Positions 51,949 to 63,800 of a DNA stretch of 64,000 bases are shown piece by piece (the first letter of the stretch is position 1; every line of letters begins with the position of its first letter). Both the position numbers and the translations under genes were made by a program. Source of the DNA: Mobula hypostoma (Eukaryota); the NCBI RefSeq assembly GCF_963921235.1, contig NC_086108.1, positions 114,144,001-114,208,000 on the forward strand. The letters are read 5' to 3'. The notes under the pieces were generated by a model that was given only the letters and a program-made list of their open reading frames with translations, ran no database searches and was not told the DNA's origin.

Positions 51949-52304
51949 CAACACACATAAAAGTTGCTGGTGAACGCAGCAGGCCAGGCAGCATCTCTAG
52001 GAAGAGGTGCAGTCGACGTTTCAGGCCGAGACCCTTCGTCAGGACTAACTGAAGGAAGAGTGAGTAAGGGATTTGAAAGTTGGAGGGGGAGATCCAAAAG
52101 TTGGAGGCGGAGATCGATTTTGGATCTCCCCCTCCAACTTTCAAATCCCTTACTCACTCTTCCTTCAGTTGGTCCTGACAAAGGGTATCGGCCTAAAACG
52201 TCGACTGCACCTCTTCCTAGAGATGCTGCCTGGCCTGCTGCGTTCACCAGGAACTTTTATGTGTGTTGCTCGAATTTCCAGCATCTGCAGAATTCCTGTT
52301 GTTT
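51949..52304. mobile_element. Fold-back mini-PLE made of two inverted pLTR ends, inserted in a CR1 3' tail
   Basis: ~145-bp inverted arms around a ~12-bp centre; 15-bp TSD gtgtttctg(c/t)gctgt at 51934-51948 and 52305-52319. Confidence 0.9.
52011..52046 (-). ncRNA. Intact minimal type I hammerhead ribozyme motif
   Basis: AGTC-CTGACGA-AGG gtctcgg CCT-GAAAC-GTC^GACT: complete core, stem I AGTC/GACT, stem II AGG/CCT, loopless ACGT stem III. Confidence 0.85.
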
Positions 52305-53813
52305 GTGTTTCTGTGCTGTAGTTTCTGTGGTTCTATGGTTCTAATATTTGCCTCTTATCATGTTGTACACCTCTATCAAGTTAGGGGGCATTGCTTGAAG
52401 ATGTGGATTTGGAGGCTTAGAGCGGAGATGACGGGCATTTTTCTTCCGCCCCCCCCCCCACCCCAGAGGGGGTTGGAATCTGGAACTCACTGCCTGAGGG
52501 GTTGAAGGAGACAGGGTCTCTCACATTGAAGAAATGTTGAGACAAGCACTTGAACCTCCAAAGCAACACCCACAAAATGCCGCAGAAACTCAGCAGGTCA
52601 GTCAGCCTCTGTGATGGAGAGACCCTTCATCAGAACAGGGAAGGAAGGGGGTAGACGCCAGAATTAGAAGGTGGGGGTAGGGAAGGAGGACAAGCTACAA
52701 GGTGATTGGTCAAGCCATGTGTTTAGGGGAGGGGTGAAGTAAGAAGCTGTGTGGTGATAGGTTGAAAGGGCAAAGGTTGAAGAAGGAGGAATCTGATCAG
52801 ACAGGAGAGTGGACTATGGGAGAAAGAGAAGGAGGAGAGGCACCAGGGGAGGTGAAAGGCAGGCGAGGAGACGAGGGAGGAGGCCGGAGTGGGGAAACAA
52901 AGAAGAAGGAAGGGGAGGGGAGAGATTACCAGAAGCTGGTGAAATTGATGTTCATGGCATCATGTCGGAGTCTGCCTTTAATCTCCGAGGCAGAGCAGGG
53001 AGTGCTGGGGAATGGTGTTGGTGTACTGGGTGTCTGATGTATATGCATTGGCTTAGTGGGCTGATAGGCTTGTTTCTGTGACACAGTGTAAAAGTCCTTT
53101 ACTCTGGGTGGGAACTAGGCAAAGGCCACTTTTACACTTCCACCGTAGACCCTCTAATTTTGGGGAAGATATGTATGGGGGTCTCAGGACAGCAGTAGCC
53201 ATCATCAAGGACCCCCGCCATCAGGCCAGGCTCTCTTCTCACTGCTGCCATCAGGAAGAAGGTACAGGAGCCTCAGGACTCACACCACCAGGTTCAGGAA
53301 CAGTTATTACCCCTCAACCATCAGGCTCCTGAACCAGATGGGATAACGTCACTCAAATTCACTCACCCCATCATTGAAATGTTCCCACAACCTATGGACT
53401 CATTTTCAAGGACTCTTCATATCATGTTCTCGATATTTAATGTCGTTTTTTTTTATTTGTTTCTTTTCACTGTGAATGCCTGCCAAAATGAATGTCAGGG
53501 TTCTGTATGGACACTTTGATATTAAATTTACTTTGAAATCTAGGAGTTCTCCAGGGGTCACAGAGTGGAAACAGACCCTTCGGCCCAACACATTCATGCT
53601 GGCCCACTTGCCTGCAGCAGCTCTGTACCCTTAAATTCCTCGCTTATGTAAGTGTCCGAGTCAGTACCAGACAAGCGTTGTGAAAATTGTTGTTTTGCAG
53701 CAGCAGTGAACATATTGCAAAACATAATAGTAAAAAATATAAAATACAATAGGAAATATACATTAAAAATTAAGTAGTGCAAAAAGAGAGGAAAAAGAAA
53801 TATATACTGAGGT

Positions 53814-54012
53814 TAAAAACGCAGACATGAGGAAATCTGCAGCAAGCAACACACACAAAAAATGCTGGTGAACGCCGCAGGCCAGGCAGCATCTTTAGGA
53901 AGAGGTACAGTCGACGTTCCTGACGAAGGGTCCCGGCCCGAAACGTCGACTGTACCTCTTCCTATAGATGCTGCCTGGCCTGCTGCGTTCAGCATTTTTT
54001 GTGTATGTTGCT
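53814..54012. mobile_element. 199-bp fold-back mini-PLE with a hammerhead core in the hairpin loop
   Basis: 13-bp TSD tatatactgaggt at 53801-53813 and 54013-54025; ~75-bp inverted arms; CTGACGA-agggtcccggccc-GAAACGTC at 53920-53947. Confidence 0.9.
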
Positions 54013-56104
54013 TATATACTGAGGTGGTGTTCATGGGTTCAGTGTCCATTCAGAAAACGGATGGTAAGAGGAAGAAGCTGTTCCTGAAGTGTTGAATGTG
54101 TGTCTTCAGGCTCCTGTCCCTCCTCCCTGATGGTAGCAATGAGAAGGGGGCATGCCCTGGGTGAGGGGGTCCTCAATGATGGATACTGCCTTTTTGAGGG
54201 ATTGCCTTTTGAAGGTGTCCTCGATGCTGAGGAGGCCAGTGCCCATGATGGAGCCCAAATGCCTCTTAAGCACAGTGACTGTGTCTGATTCCTCCTACTC
54301 TGGCAATGAGTGCCAGATATTACAAAAAAAATTACCACTGACTTCCCTCCTTCCTTTCGTCTTAAACCAATGGCCAGTGGTTCAAGCTGTCTTTTTTCCT
54401 AGGAAGGGGGTGCTAAAACATTAGGGCAGGGTTTAACATTAAAGGTGAGAGATTTAAAAGGGACATCGAGAGCAGCTTCTCCACACAAAGGAGTGAGCTG
54501 CCAGACACTGTGGCCGAGGTGGGCACATTAGCAACATTTCCTTATTTATGTAAGGATACAGTGCTCTTCTGCCGTGCGGTACAGACCCTTCGGCCCCTCT
54601 GAGCTGTGCTGCCCAGCCACCCACCTATTTTAGCCTAATCACGGGATAATTTACAATGACCTGTTAACTCACTAACTTCCCCACTGCCATCATATTTGTG
54701 AATGGACATTGAACCCATGAACACTACCTCACTACTATTTTTTTCTCTTTTTGCTCTACTTATTTAATTTATATTTTATATAGGATGTATATTTACTGAA
54801 ATTTGCAGTGTTTATTATTCTGTTTTGCAATGTAGTGCTGTTGCATAACAACAAATTTCAGGACATATACTGGTGATATTAAACTTGTTTCTGATGCTGA
54901 ACCGTCGTCAGACTGTCGGAGGAAACCCACACGCTCACTGGAGGGAACGTGCTTACGGAGGATGCCGGAATTCTATAATATCCCATGTCACAGCTAAATT
55001 TACAGATGAACTAGTTGCTGCTTGTGGGATCTTGCTGTGCAGCTGTGATTCCCCCCCCCCCCCCCGGTTGATTGTGGGCTTCGGGAAGGGGAAATCAAGG
55101 GAACACAGACCTGTTCTCATCGAGGTGAAAACTGAAGTCCATAATCAATTCTTTGGTCTTACTGAGTTGTTCTGACAGTATTCGATCAGATTATTTTTCT
55201 TACTTCTGTATGCCTTCTCGTTACCATTTGAAATCTGTGCTCTGCAGCTGCGTTTCCACCCCTACGGCACGATAAGCTTGGGGTGTTGACGGTAGTGGCG
55301 TTGGGATGGGGAGGAGCTGTTGGTGTGAGCAGAGATAGTACCTGGTTTTGGAGATCTGCCTACACGTGAATGTTTGAATGTTTCCTGAACAGGAAACTAG
55401 TGTTTGGTAGAAAGCTGATCTGCCCAGACGCTGATGAAAATATCTGGGTCTGTAGGCTGAGAATAGGAACACTTTCCAAGTGCATCTTGTCTGTTAGTGT
55501 CCAGCGTACGGCGGTTGTGAAGAATAACTCGTCACTGTTGCCAGAAATAGGTTAGAGCAAAGGCAGCTGCCAAGCTATCCCCTGCAGCTCATGTTTTGAC
55601 CTGATAAAAATGGCAGCTTTATCAAGAACTGCACAAAGTGTGGTTAATCATAAATAGGCATTTCTGCCTATCATGTCCATACTGACTCTCTGCATCCCCA
55701 AAAACCCTCTCCCAGCTTCTCCCCTACGCAGCCCCCTGTTGTTATCACAGTTTCCAACACACCACAGCAGAGTTTGGGGTGTCAGAGGTCAGGGTTCAAT
55801 CCCTGTGTCCTCAGGAAGAAGCCTGTCCATTCTCTATGTGGAATGATTGGGTTTTATCTGGGTGCTGTGGTTTCCTCCCACAGCTGGTCATTGTAAATTG
55901 TCCTGAATTAGGCTATTAGGCTATTCCCCTCAGCAGCGCATTCTGAACACTGAATGAAAATCAGGAACAAGTGTAGATGCTGGAAATCTAAAATAAAGAA
56001 AGACCAAGATATGCTGGAAAGAGACAGCAAGTCAGACAACATCTGTGGCGAAGAACGGAATGATGTAGGTCAAAGATTCTTCATTGGAACTCATCAGAGC
56101 CTTT

Positions 56105-56523
56105 ACTCACTTACTTTAGCCCATCAGCCCTACTGGGGCGTAGGATATCAACAACAAATCACCAGACTTCCCTGTCCATCACCCCCACTGGGCCATGGGA
56201 TACTGACAACAAATCACCAGAGTCCCCTGTCCATCACCCCCACTGGGGCAGAGGGTATCGACAGCAGCTGACCAGAGTCCCCTGTCCATCACCCTCACTG
56301 GGGCATGGGATACTGACAACAGTTCACCAGAGTCCCCTGTCCTGAGCCAGCTTTTCAAGTTATTCCTAGGTGTAACTCATCTTCTTGGCGATGATCTGTC
56401 CTCTCCCTGGAACGAAGTCTCTGGAGTTTCTGTAGCTCTGGGATTTTACAGGATGGGGTTGCTATCCCTGTGGTCAACCCTCTTCCTTTTGTATTAGGGC
56501 TTTGGATCATCCGTGGCAGAGTT
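56105..56523 (-). mobile_element. Bipartite non-autonomous RTE-type element (5' leader, tandemly amplified ~55-bp 3' unit, (TAAG)n-like tail)
   Basis: Degenerate TSD at(c/t)aga(g/a)ccttt at 56093-56104 and 56524-56535; 3' unit ggacaggggactctgg x4; tail aaagtaagtgagt. Confidence 0.7.
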
Positions 56524-56527
56524 ATTA
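56474..56527 (-). ncRNA. Degenerate P1-type twister ribozyme
   Basis: taa-T^AA-CTCT-GCC-acggat-GATCCAAAGCCC-taatacaaaa-GGAA-GAGGG-ttg, versus the twister pattern UAA-CUCC-GCC...GGUCCCAAGCCC...GGAG-GAGGG. Confidence 0.65.
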
Positions 56528-58447
56528 GAACCTTTTACATGTCTCAACCATCTCTTCTCGCAACTTGTTCCATCTACTCACCATTCTCTGTGCGGAAAAC
56601 CTTGCCCCACAGGTCCCATTTAAACCTTTCCCCTCTCACCTTCAACCTCTGCCACTAATTTGGACTCCCCAACCCTGGGATAAGACGGTGACTATTCATC
56701 TAAAATGCCTCATAATCTTATAAACCTCAGTAAGACCCTATGTTTCAATGAGAGCAAACCCATCTGACACACTCACCCTTCTCTCTATAACACCATTAAG
56801 ACATAGAAGTATAATTAGGCCATTTGGCCCATCAAGTCTGCTCTGCCATTACATCATGACTGATTTATTATCCCTCGCAACCCCATTCTCCTGCCTTCTC
56901 CCTGTAACATTTAACACTCTAACAAATCAAGAACCTGTTAACCACCACCTTAAATATACCCAATGAATGAGGCTCTAGAGCAAAAGAACAAATTTCACGA
57001 CATTTTCTTTCTATATTAAACCCCATTCTGACTCCTCTGGCTAAAGAAATTCCTCTTCATCTTTGCTCTAAAGGGATATTCCTCTATTCTGAAGATGTGC
57101 CCCTTGGTTCTTGACTCTCCCACTACAGGAAAAGTCCTCTCCACATCCACTCTATCTAGGCCTTTCAATATTCGATAGGTTTCAATGAGATCCTTCCTCA
57201 TTCTTCCAAATTACAATGAGAACAGGCCAAGAACTGACAAAAACTCTCTCTTGTAACTAAAGCCTTCTTTTGGTGAATCTCTTCTGATTTCTCTCTGTTG
57301 CTTCCTATGATGCGGTGACCACACTGTACATAGCCCTCTAACCGTGGCCTGATTAATGGTTTGTATCTTTGGAATGGCAGGGTCTGACAAGAGATAATCA
57401 TAGAGTCGTAGAAAAGTACGGACGGGAACAGGCCTTTTAAAGTGCCTGCTGCCTGCCGGTCCATTTAAATTGCTACTCTCATCGACCTGCACCGGGACCA
57501 TACCCCTCCATCCATGGACCTGTCCACACTTCTCTTAAACATGGCATTGTCTGCTTGTTGTGTAGGGGAAATCCTGTCTTACTCATCTGATAGAGTTTTT
57601 GAGGGGGTAACTAACAAGGCTGATGATATCTATGTGGACTTGAAGGGCCTGTTTCTGAGTGGTGGAGGATTCATGACACGGGATCACAAGAGACTGCAGA
57701 CGGTTGTAAACTCAGGCAGCTCCATCACGGCACAACCCTCCCCACCATCACCATCTTCCAAAGGTGATGCCTCAAGAAGGCGGCATCCATCACGAGGCAC
57801 ACGCACCACCCAGGACATGCCCCCTTCTCATTGCTACCATCAGAGAGGAGGTACAGGAGCTTGACGACAATGTTCTAGGAACAGCTTCTTCCCCTCTGCC
57901 ATCAGGTTTCCCAACAGACAATGAATCCATGAACACGAGCTCACTATTCCTCTTTTGCACGGATGTAGGGCCACGTACGCTGCAGTTGCCGCATTACAGC
58001 AAAGACGGGGCACCAACATGCTGGTCTATTTTTATTATAACCTGTTGTACTTTTTAATGTTCTGCTCTGACTGCTGCCACAAAACAACATATCTGAAAAC
58101 TTACATCAGTGACAATCGACCTGAGTCTGTTCCCTACGATTCTCATTACTCCCAGAAATGCCATTAGCAGTGCAGCAGTTAGTGTGACACTATTACAGCT
58201 CAGGGCACCCTGAAGTTCCCAGTTCAATTCTGCTGCCCTTCTGTCAGGAGTTCTGTATGTCCTCCCTGTGGAATGTGTGGGTTTCCTCCAGGTGCTCTGG
58301 GATCCTCCCACAGTCCAAAGACATGCAGGTTAGAAGATTAATTGGCCATTGTAAATTGTGCCCCGATTAGGTTGGTGTTAATCGGCGTTACTGGTGTGGT
58401 GTGGTTCGAAGGGCCAGAAGGGTCCACTCTGTGCAGCACTGTGAGAT

Positions 58448-59797
58448 AGAAACATAGAAAACCTACAGCACAATACAGGCCCTTTGGCCCACAAAGCTGT
58501 GCCAAACACGTCCTTGCCTTAGAACTACCTATAGCCCTCTATTTTTCTAAGCTCCATGTACCTATTTAGAGTCCCTTAAAAGACGCTATTGTTTCCGCCT
58601 CCACCACTGCTGCTGGCAGCCCATTCCACGCACTCACCACTCTCTGCTTAAAAAACTTACTCTGACATCTCCTCTGTACCTACTTCCAATCACCTTAAAA
58701 CTGTGCCCTCTCGTGCTAGTCATTTCAGTCCTGGGAAAAAGCCTCTGACTGTCCACACGATCAATGCTCTCATTATCTTGTACACCTCTGTCAGGTCACC
58801 TCTCATCCTCCGTTGCTCCAAGGAGAAAAGGCCGAGTTCACTCAACCTGTTTTCATAAGGCATGCTCCCCAATCCAGGCAACATCCTTGTAAATCTCCTC
58901 TGCACCCTTTCTATGGTTTTCACGTCCTTCCTGTAGAGAGGCAACCAGAATTGAGCACAGTACTCCAAGTGGGGTCTGACCAGGGTCCTATATAGCTGCA
59001 ACATTACCTCTCAGCTCTTAAACTCAATACCACGATCGATGAAGGCCAATGCACTGCATGCCTTCTTAATCACGGAGTCAACCTGCACAGCAGCTTTGAG
59101 CGTCCAATAGACTTGGGCCCCAAGATCCTTCTGATCCTCCACACTGCCAAGAGTCTTACTATTAATGCTATAGTCTGCCATCATATTTGACCTACCAAAA
59201 TGAACCATCTCACACTTATCTGGGTTGAACTCCATCTGCCACTTCTCAGCCCACGTTTTGCATCCTATCAATGTCCCGCTGTAACCTCTGACAGCCCTCC
59301 ACACTATCCACAACACCCCCAACCTTTGTGTCATCAGCAGATTTACTAACCCATCCCTCCACTTCCTCACCCATGTTATTTACAAAAATCACGAACAGTA
59401 GGGGTCCCAGAACAGATTCCTGAGGCACACCACTGGTCACCGACCTCCATGCAGAATATGACCCACCTACAACACTCTTTGCCTTCTGTGGGCAAGCCAA
59501 TTCTGGATCCACAAAGCAATGTTCCCTTCGATCCCTTGCCTCCTTACTTTCTCAATAAGCCTTGCATGGGGTACCATATCAAATGCCTTGCTGAAATCCA
59601 TGTACACTACATCTACTGCTCTACCTTCATCAATGTGTTTAGTTACATCCTCAAAGAATTCAATCAGGCTCGTAAGGCATGACCTGCCTTTGACAAAGCT
59701 ATGCTGACTATTCCTAATCATATTATGCCTCTCCAAGTGTTCATAAATCCTGCCTCTCAGGATCTTCTCCACCAACTTACCAACCACTGAAGTAAGA
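58448..59797 (-). mobile_element. CR1 LINE 3' part (RT to tail)
   Basis: [43 protein letters not shown]; same subfamily as 40296-41605. Confidence 0.93.
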
Positions 59798-59987
59798 CAA
59801 AAATAAAAAATAAATAAATGAAAGAATAACTAGTTTTCTGGAGGAATCGATTTGTGTGCACTAGTTTAGTTTAATTGCTAGTTTATTGAATTTGGCTTAA
59901 TGTTGTGGGCCGTTCCTGTGCTGGGCTGTTCGATGTATGTGACTGACACCTCTATCCTTTTGTAGTTGACATGGGTAACTTCATAGA

Positions 59988-60207
59988 CACAAAAAAACTC
60001 TGAAAAAGCCTGGAAATCCAGAGCAGCACACACAAAATGCTGGAGGAGCTCAGCTGGTCAGGCAGCATGTATGGAGAGGAATAAACAGTTGGTGTTTTGG
60101 GACGAGACCTTTCTCTTCTAGTCCAAATGAAGCCAGAAACGTCGACTGTTGATTACTTTCCACTGATTCTGCCCGACTTGCTGTGTTCCTCCAGCATTTT
60201 GTGTGTA
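59988..60207. mobile_element. Older fold-back mini-PLE with eroded hammerhead motif (60120-60147)
   Basis: acacacaaaatgctggagga...tcctccagcattttgtgtgt inverted arms; AGTC-caaatga-agcca-GAAACGTC-GACT. Confidence 0.7.
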
Positions 60208-60829
60208 AATTCAGCTGGTTTCAGTGAAAGTGATTTATTCTACAATCGATAAGGTAAGTCAGAACAGTGAAAAGTACTGTGGTAATTGAAAGGACATTTA
60301 ACAGGGGTTAAATCTCCAGTTGACAACATGTGTTTAACATCAGCATCTCAGTACAGTAAGGGGCCTCTTCAAGTCGTTAATAGCTAAACAGAGGCGGCCA
60401 ATAAAAAATTTCCATTAAGTTGTGAGCTCAGCACTGCTTGTCTTGGGAAAGATTCCGAACTTTTGGAAGCACTGTAGCCACTGAGCAAACATAGGACACA
60501 TGTGGAACATAGAGCAGTGCAGTGTCTTCAGCCCACGATTTGTGCTGACCCCTTAACCCTACTGCATGTCAATCTAAGCTTTCCCTCCCACGTAGCCTTC
60601 CGATTTCCTATCGTCCATGCGCCTATGTTTCTCAAATATTCTGAATATATTTCCCTCCACCATTACCCCTGGCAGAGTGTTCCACATACCCACTACTCTC
60701 TGTGTGTGTAAAAAAAAAAGAGAGAGCTCCCTCCTGATACTTTCCTCCTATCATCTGAAAACTATGCACCTTTGCGTTAGCCAGTTCTGCCCTGGGGAAA
60801 AAAGTCTGTCTGACCATTCAATTGCTGAA

Positions 60830-63800
60830 TGCTACCTTGCTCGGAGAAGTCCCCCACGGTACCCATTGTGACTGCGTGCTCCCTCTTCAAGGACAGCCGG
60901 GCACGAAGGTATCCTTGGAAAAGGGATAGGCAGTTGGCCCTGGCACAGCCCTCGACCTTCCACCACCTAGACCAGTGAATGGTCATCTTGGCTAGACCCA
61001 CCAGGAGATCCTCCTCACAATCCACGCCCTTCCGAGCTGGGTGCCCGTATGTCAGGAGTGCAGGACCAAAGTGCAGCCAGAACCTCAGTAGCAGACCCCT
61101 GAAACACTCAAACAGTGGCTGCAAGCTCTCACATTCTGTGTACGTGTGGTATACCGACTCCTCTCGGCCGCAGAATGGACAGGTGGACGGAGCATCAGTG
61201 AACCTGCTCAAAAACCTGCTGTACGGGTACTGCCCGATGCAACACCTTCCAGCCCAGGTGCCCAATGTACAGGGGAAGCACCCCTCTGTAAACAGATTTC
61301 CACTGGGGACCTCCTCTGCTGCCAGACGGTAGCACGGACCGCCAAGGTGAGGTCTCCCGAGGCCTGGGTCCGATGAGCACTTACTGCTAACCCTGGGCAA
61401 ATCCTCCCATGGAGCCCTGCATGCATTCTCGCTACATGGTTCTGGTGAGAATAGAGCCCCGAAAGAGGAATGAGCTTCCACAGTTCTTCCCCGATCAGTG
61501 ATGGAGGAGCAATTCTCTGCCCACAGCTCCAAGAGCTGCCCATGGACACCCCCCCCCCCGACAGAGAGTAGAAGAAGGGCGAGGTGTGATCCAGGTCCTG
61601 CAGCACCTGGACCCACAACCTCACGTAAGCACCTCGGGACCTCTCAAGCTGCAGGTACCTCAGTGCCTCCTCCTACCTCCAGTGCTCATCCCAGAGGGGC
61701 TGGTCTCCTCTGGTCAGCCCTAGCCGGAACTCCAAGTCGACCAGCTCCTTCTCGAGCCGATCGATCCCGGACTTCTGCTGCAAGGATGTTGCCTGGATTG
61801 GGGAGCGTGCCTTATGAGAATGGATTGAGTAAACTTGGCTTTTCTTCTTGGAGCGACGGAGGATGAGAGGTGACCTGATAGAGGTGTTTAAGATGATGAG
61901 AGGCATTGATCATGTGGATAGTCAGAGGCTTTTTCCCAGGGCTGAAATGGCTAACATAAGGGGACACGGTTTTAAGGTGTTTGGAAGTGGGTACAGAGGG
62001 GAGGTCAGAGGTAAGTTTTTCACACAGAGAGTGCTGGGTGCGTGGAATGCACTGCCGGCGACGGGGGTGGAAGCAGATACAACAGGGTCTTTTAAGGTCC
62101 TCTTAGATAGGTACATGGAGCTTAGAAAAATAGAGGGCTATGCAGTAGGGAAATTCTAGGCAGTTTCTAGAGCAGGTCACATGGTCAGCACAACATTGTG
62201 GGCGAAGGGCCTGTGATGTGCTGTAAATTTCTATGTTCATGGTTGATCTGTGAGCATATTCCTGGCACAACAGCCGGATGTGAGCCTTGCCCACATTGCA
62301 CCAGAGCCACAGGGAGGGGAAACTCTGCTGCTGTCCTGCCAGGACTCCCAGAACAGCCGGAACGAATCCCGGAACCGGCCGTCCTCCAGCAGCCGGTCGT
62401 TGAAATGCCAGTACACGGACCCCACCCCAAAGCGCATTCAGCTCCGTCCACAACCGGTGGTGGTCCGAGCAGACAAACAGCCGCATGGAGGCGGCCGACA
62501 CCCGGGAGACGTGCGGCCTGGAGATGTAGGGTTGGTCGTTCGGCGAGCCCCACCCCCTCTGTATCTCCTTGAGAAAGCACAGAGGTCAGGGGGAAGGCTT
62601 TGCCAGATACCGACCAAGTCCGTGGACGCTACCAACCCCCGGAACTTCCTCACCGATGCTCGACCACTCTGGGGGCCAGTGTGATCCCTCTCCTCGGGGG
62701 CGCAATTGAAATCACCCCCCAGGATAAAGCCCTTGGTACGATCTATGGACCCCAGCAATGCTGACAGCTCTCGGACCAGGCGCTCCTGCATTGGGCTGGG
62801 CTCAGGGGTGTACACATTTACGAAATGCATTGGCAAGCCATCCTGGTGCACGGCGAGGTGAAGCACACAGCCTGGCACGAGTTCCTGAGCCTTCGTTATT
62901 TCTGGCTGGGAAAAAGGGGCCAACAACATGGCCACCCTGCTGGAAATGGAGCTGAGGTGACTCGTGGACCCCCCCCCCCTCGCCACTCCAGGAGCTAGGT
63001 GGATTCGTCCCCTGGAACGGTGTGTATCCTACAGGAAGCTCATTGCATATCTCCTGTCCCGGAGGACAGAGAGATGATGGGATCTATGGAGAGCCCCCCC
63101 CCGCCCCCCCACCGTTGATGTTAAGGGTCGTGGCTTATTGAGACCCCTCACCAGAATCCCTGGGAACAGCAACAGAGCTCTCCTTCGAGCCCTCTCCTGC
63201 CTTCACCCTACAATTCTTCTCCAGGGACTCCAGGAGTCTCTTAATCTGCCGCCTCTCCTTACAGGTCACCTCAGCTCCCCTCCCCTTCTTTTGGAGGATC
63301 GTGTAGATAAACTGAACGACCCCTCCCAGACCCATGGCAATCAGTGGCCAACTGGGCCTTGAAGGGTTTCCTCTAGTAGTCCCTCACGAACTGCTGGATC
63401 CCCTCCAGAGAGACGGGCTGTGACTTGGTGCTGGGGTCAAGGAAGTCACCATCTTGGCTTCATAAGAGTCCCTCTCTTTCCCCCTCACTGCATCCAACGA
63501 TCTCATCACCCTCCAAGTAGTTATCGTCTATACCCGATGTGACTATGCCACCTGAACAGGAGACCTGACTACGAGCTCTACCCCATCCCCAGGACCAGTG
63601 TCAGAGGGAGGCCCCACCACCTCCGGATGCAGAATTCATTGTAGTCATTGTCTGCACCTGACGTGACCACCTCACTCCTCACTGTGGCCCTGATGGGAGA
63701 TTCAAATACGAGCTCTACCCCATCCACAGGACCAGTGACAGAGGGAGGCCCCACCACCTCTAGATGCAGAATTCACTGCAGTCATTGTCTGCACCTGACG

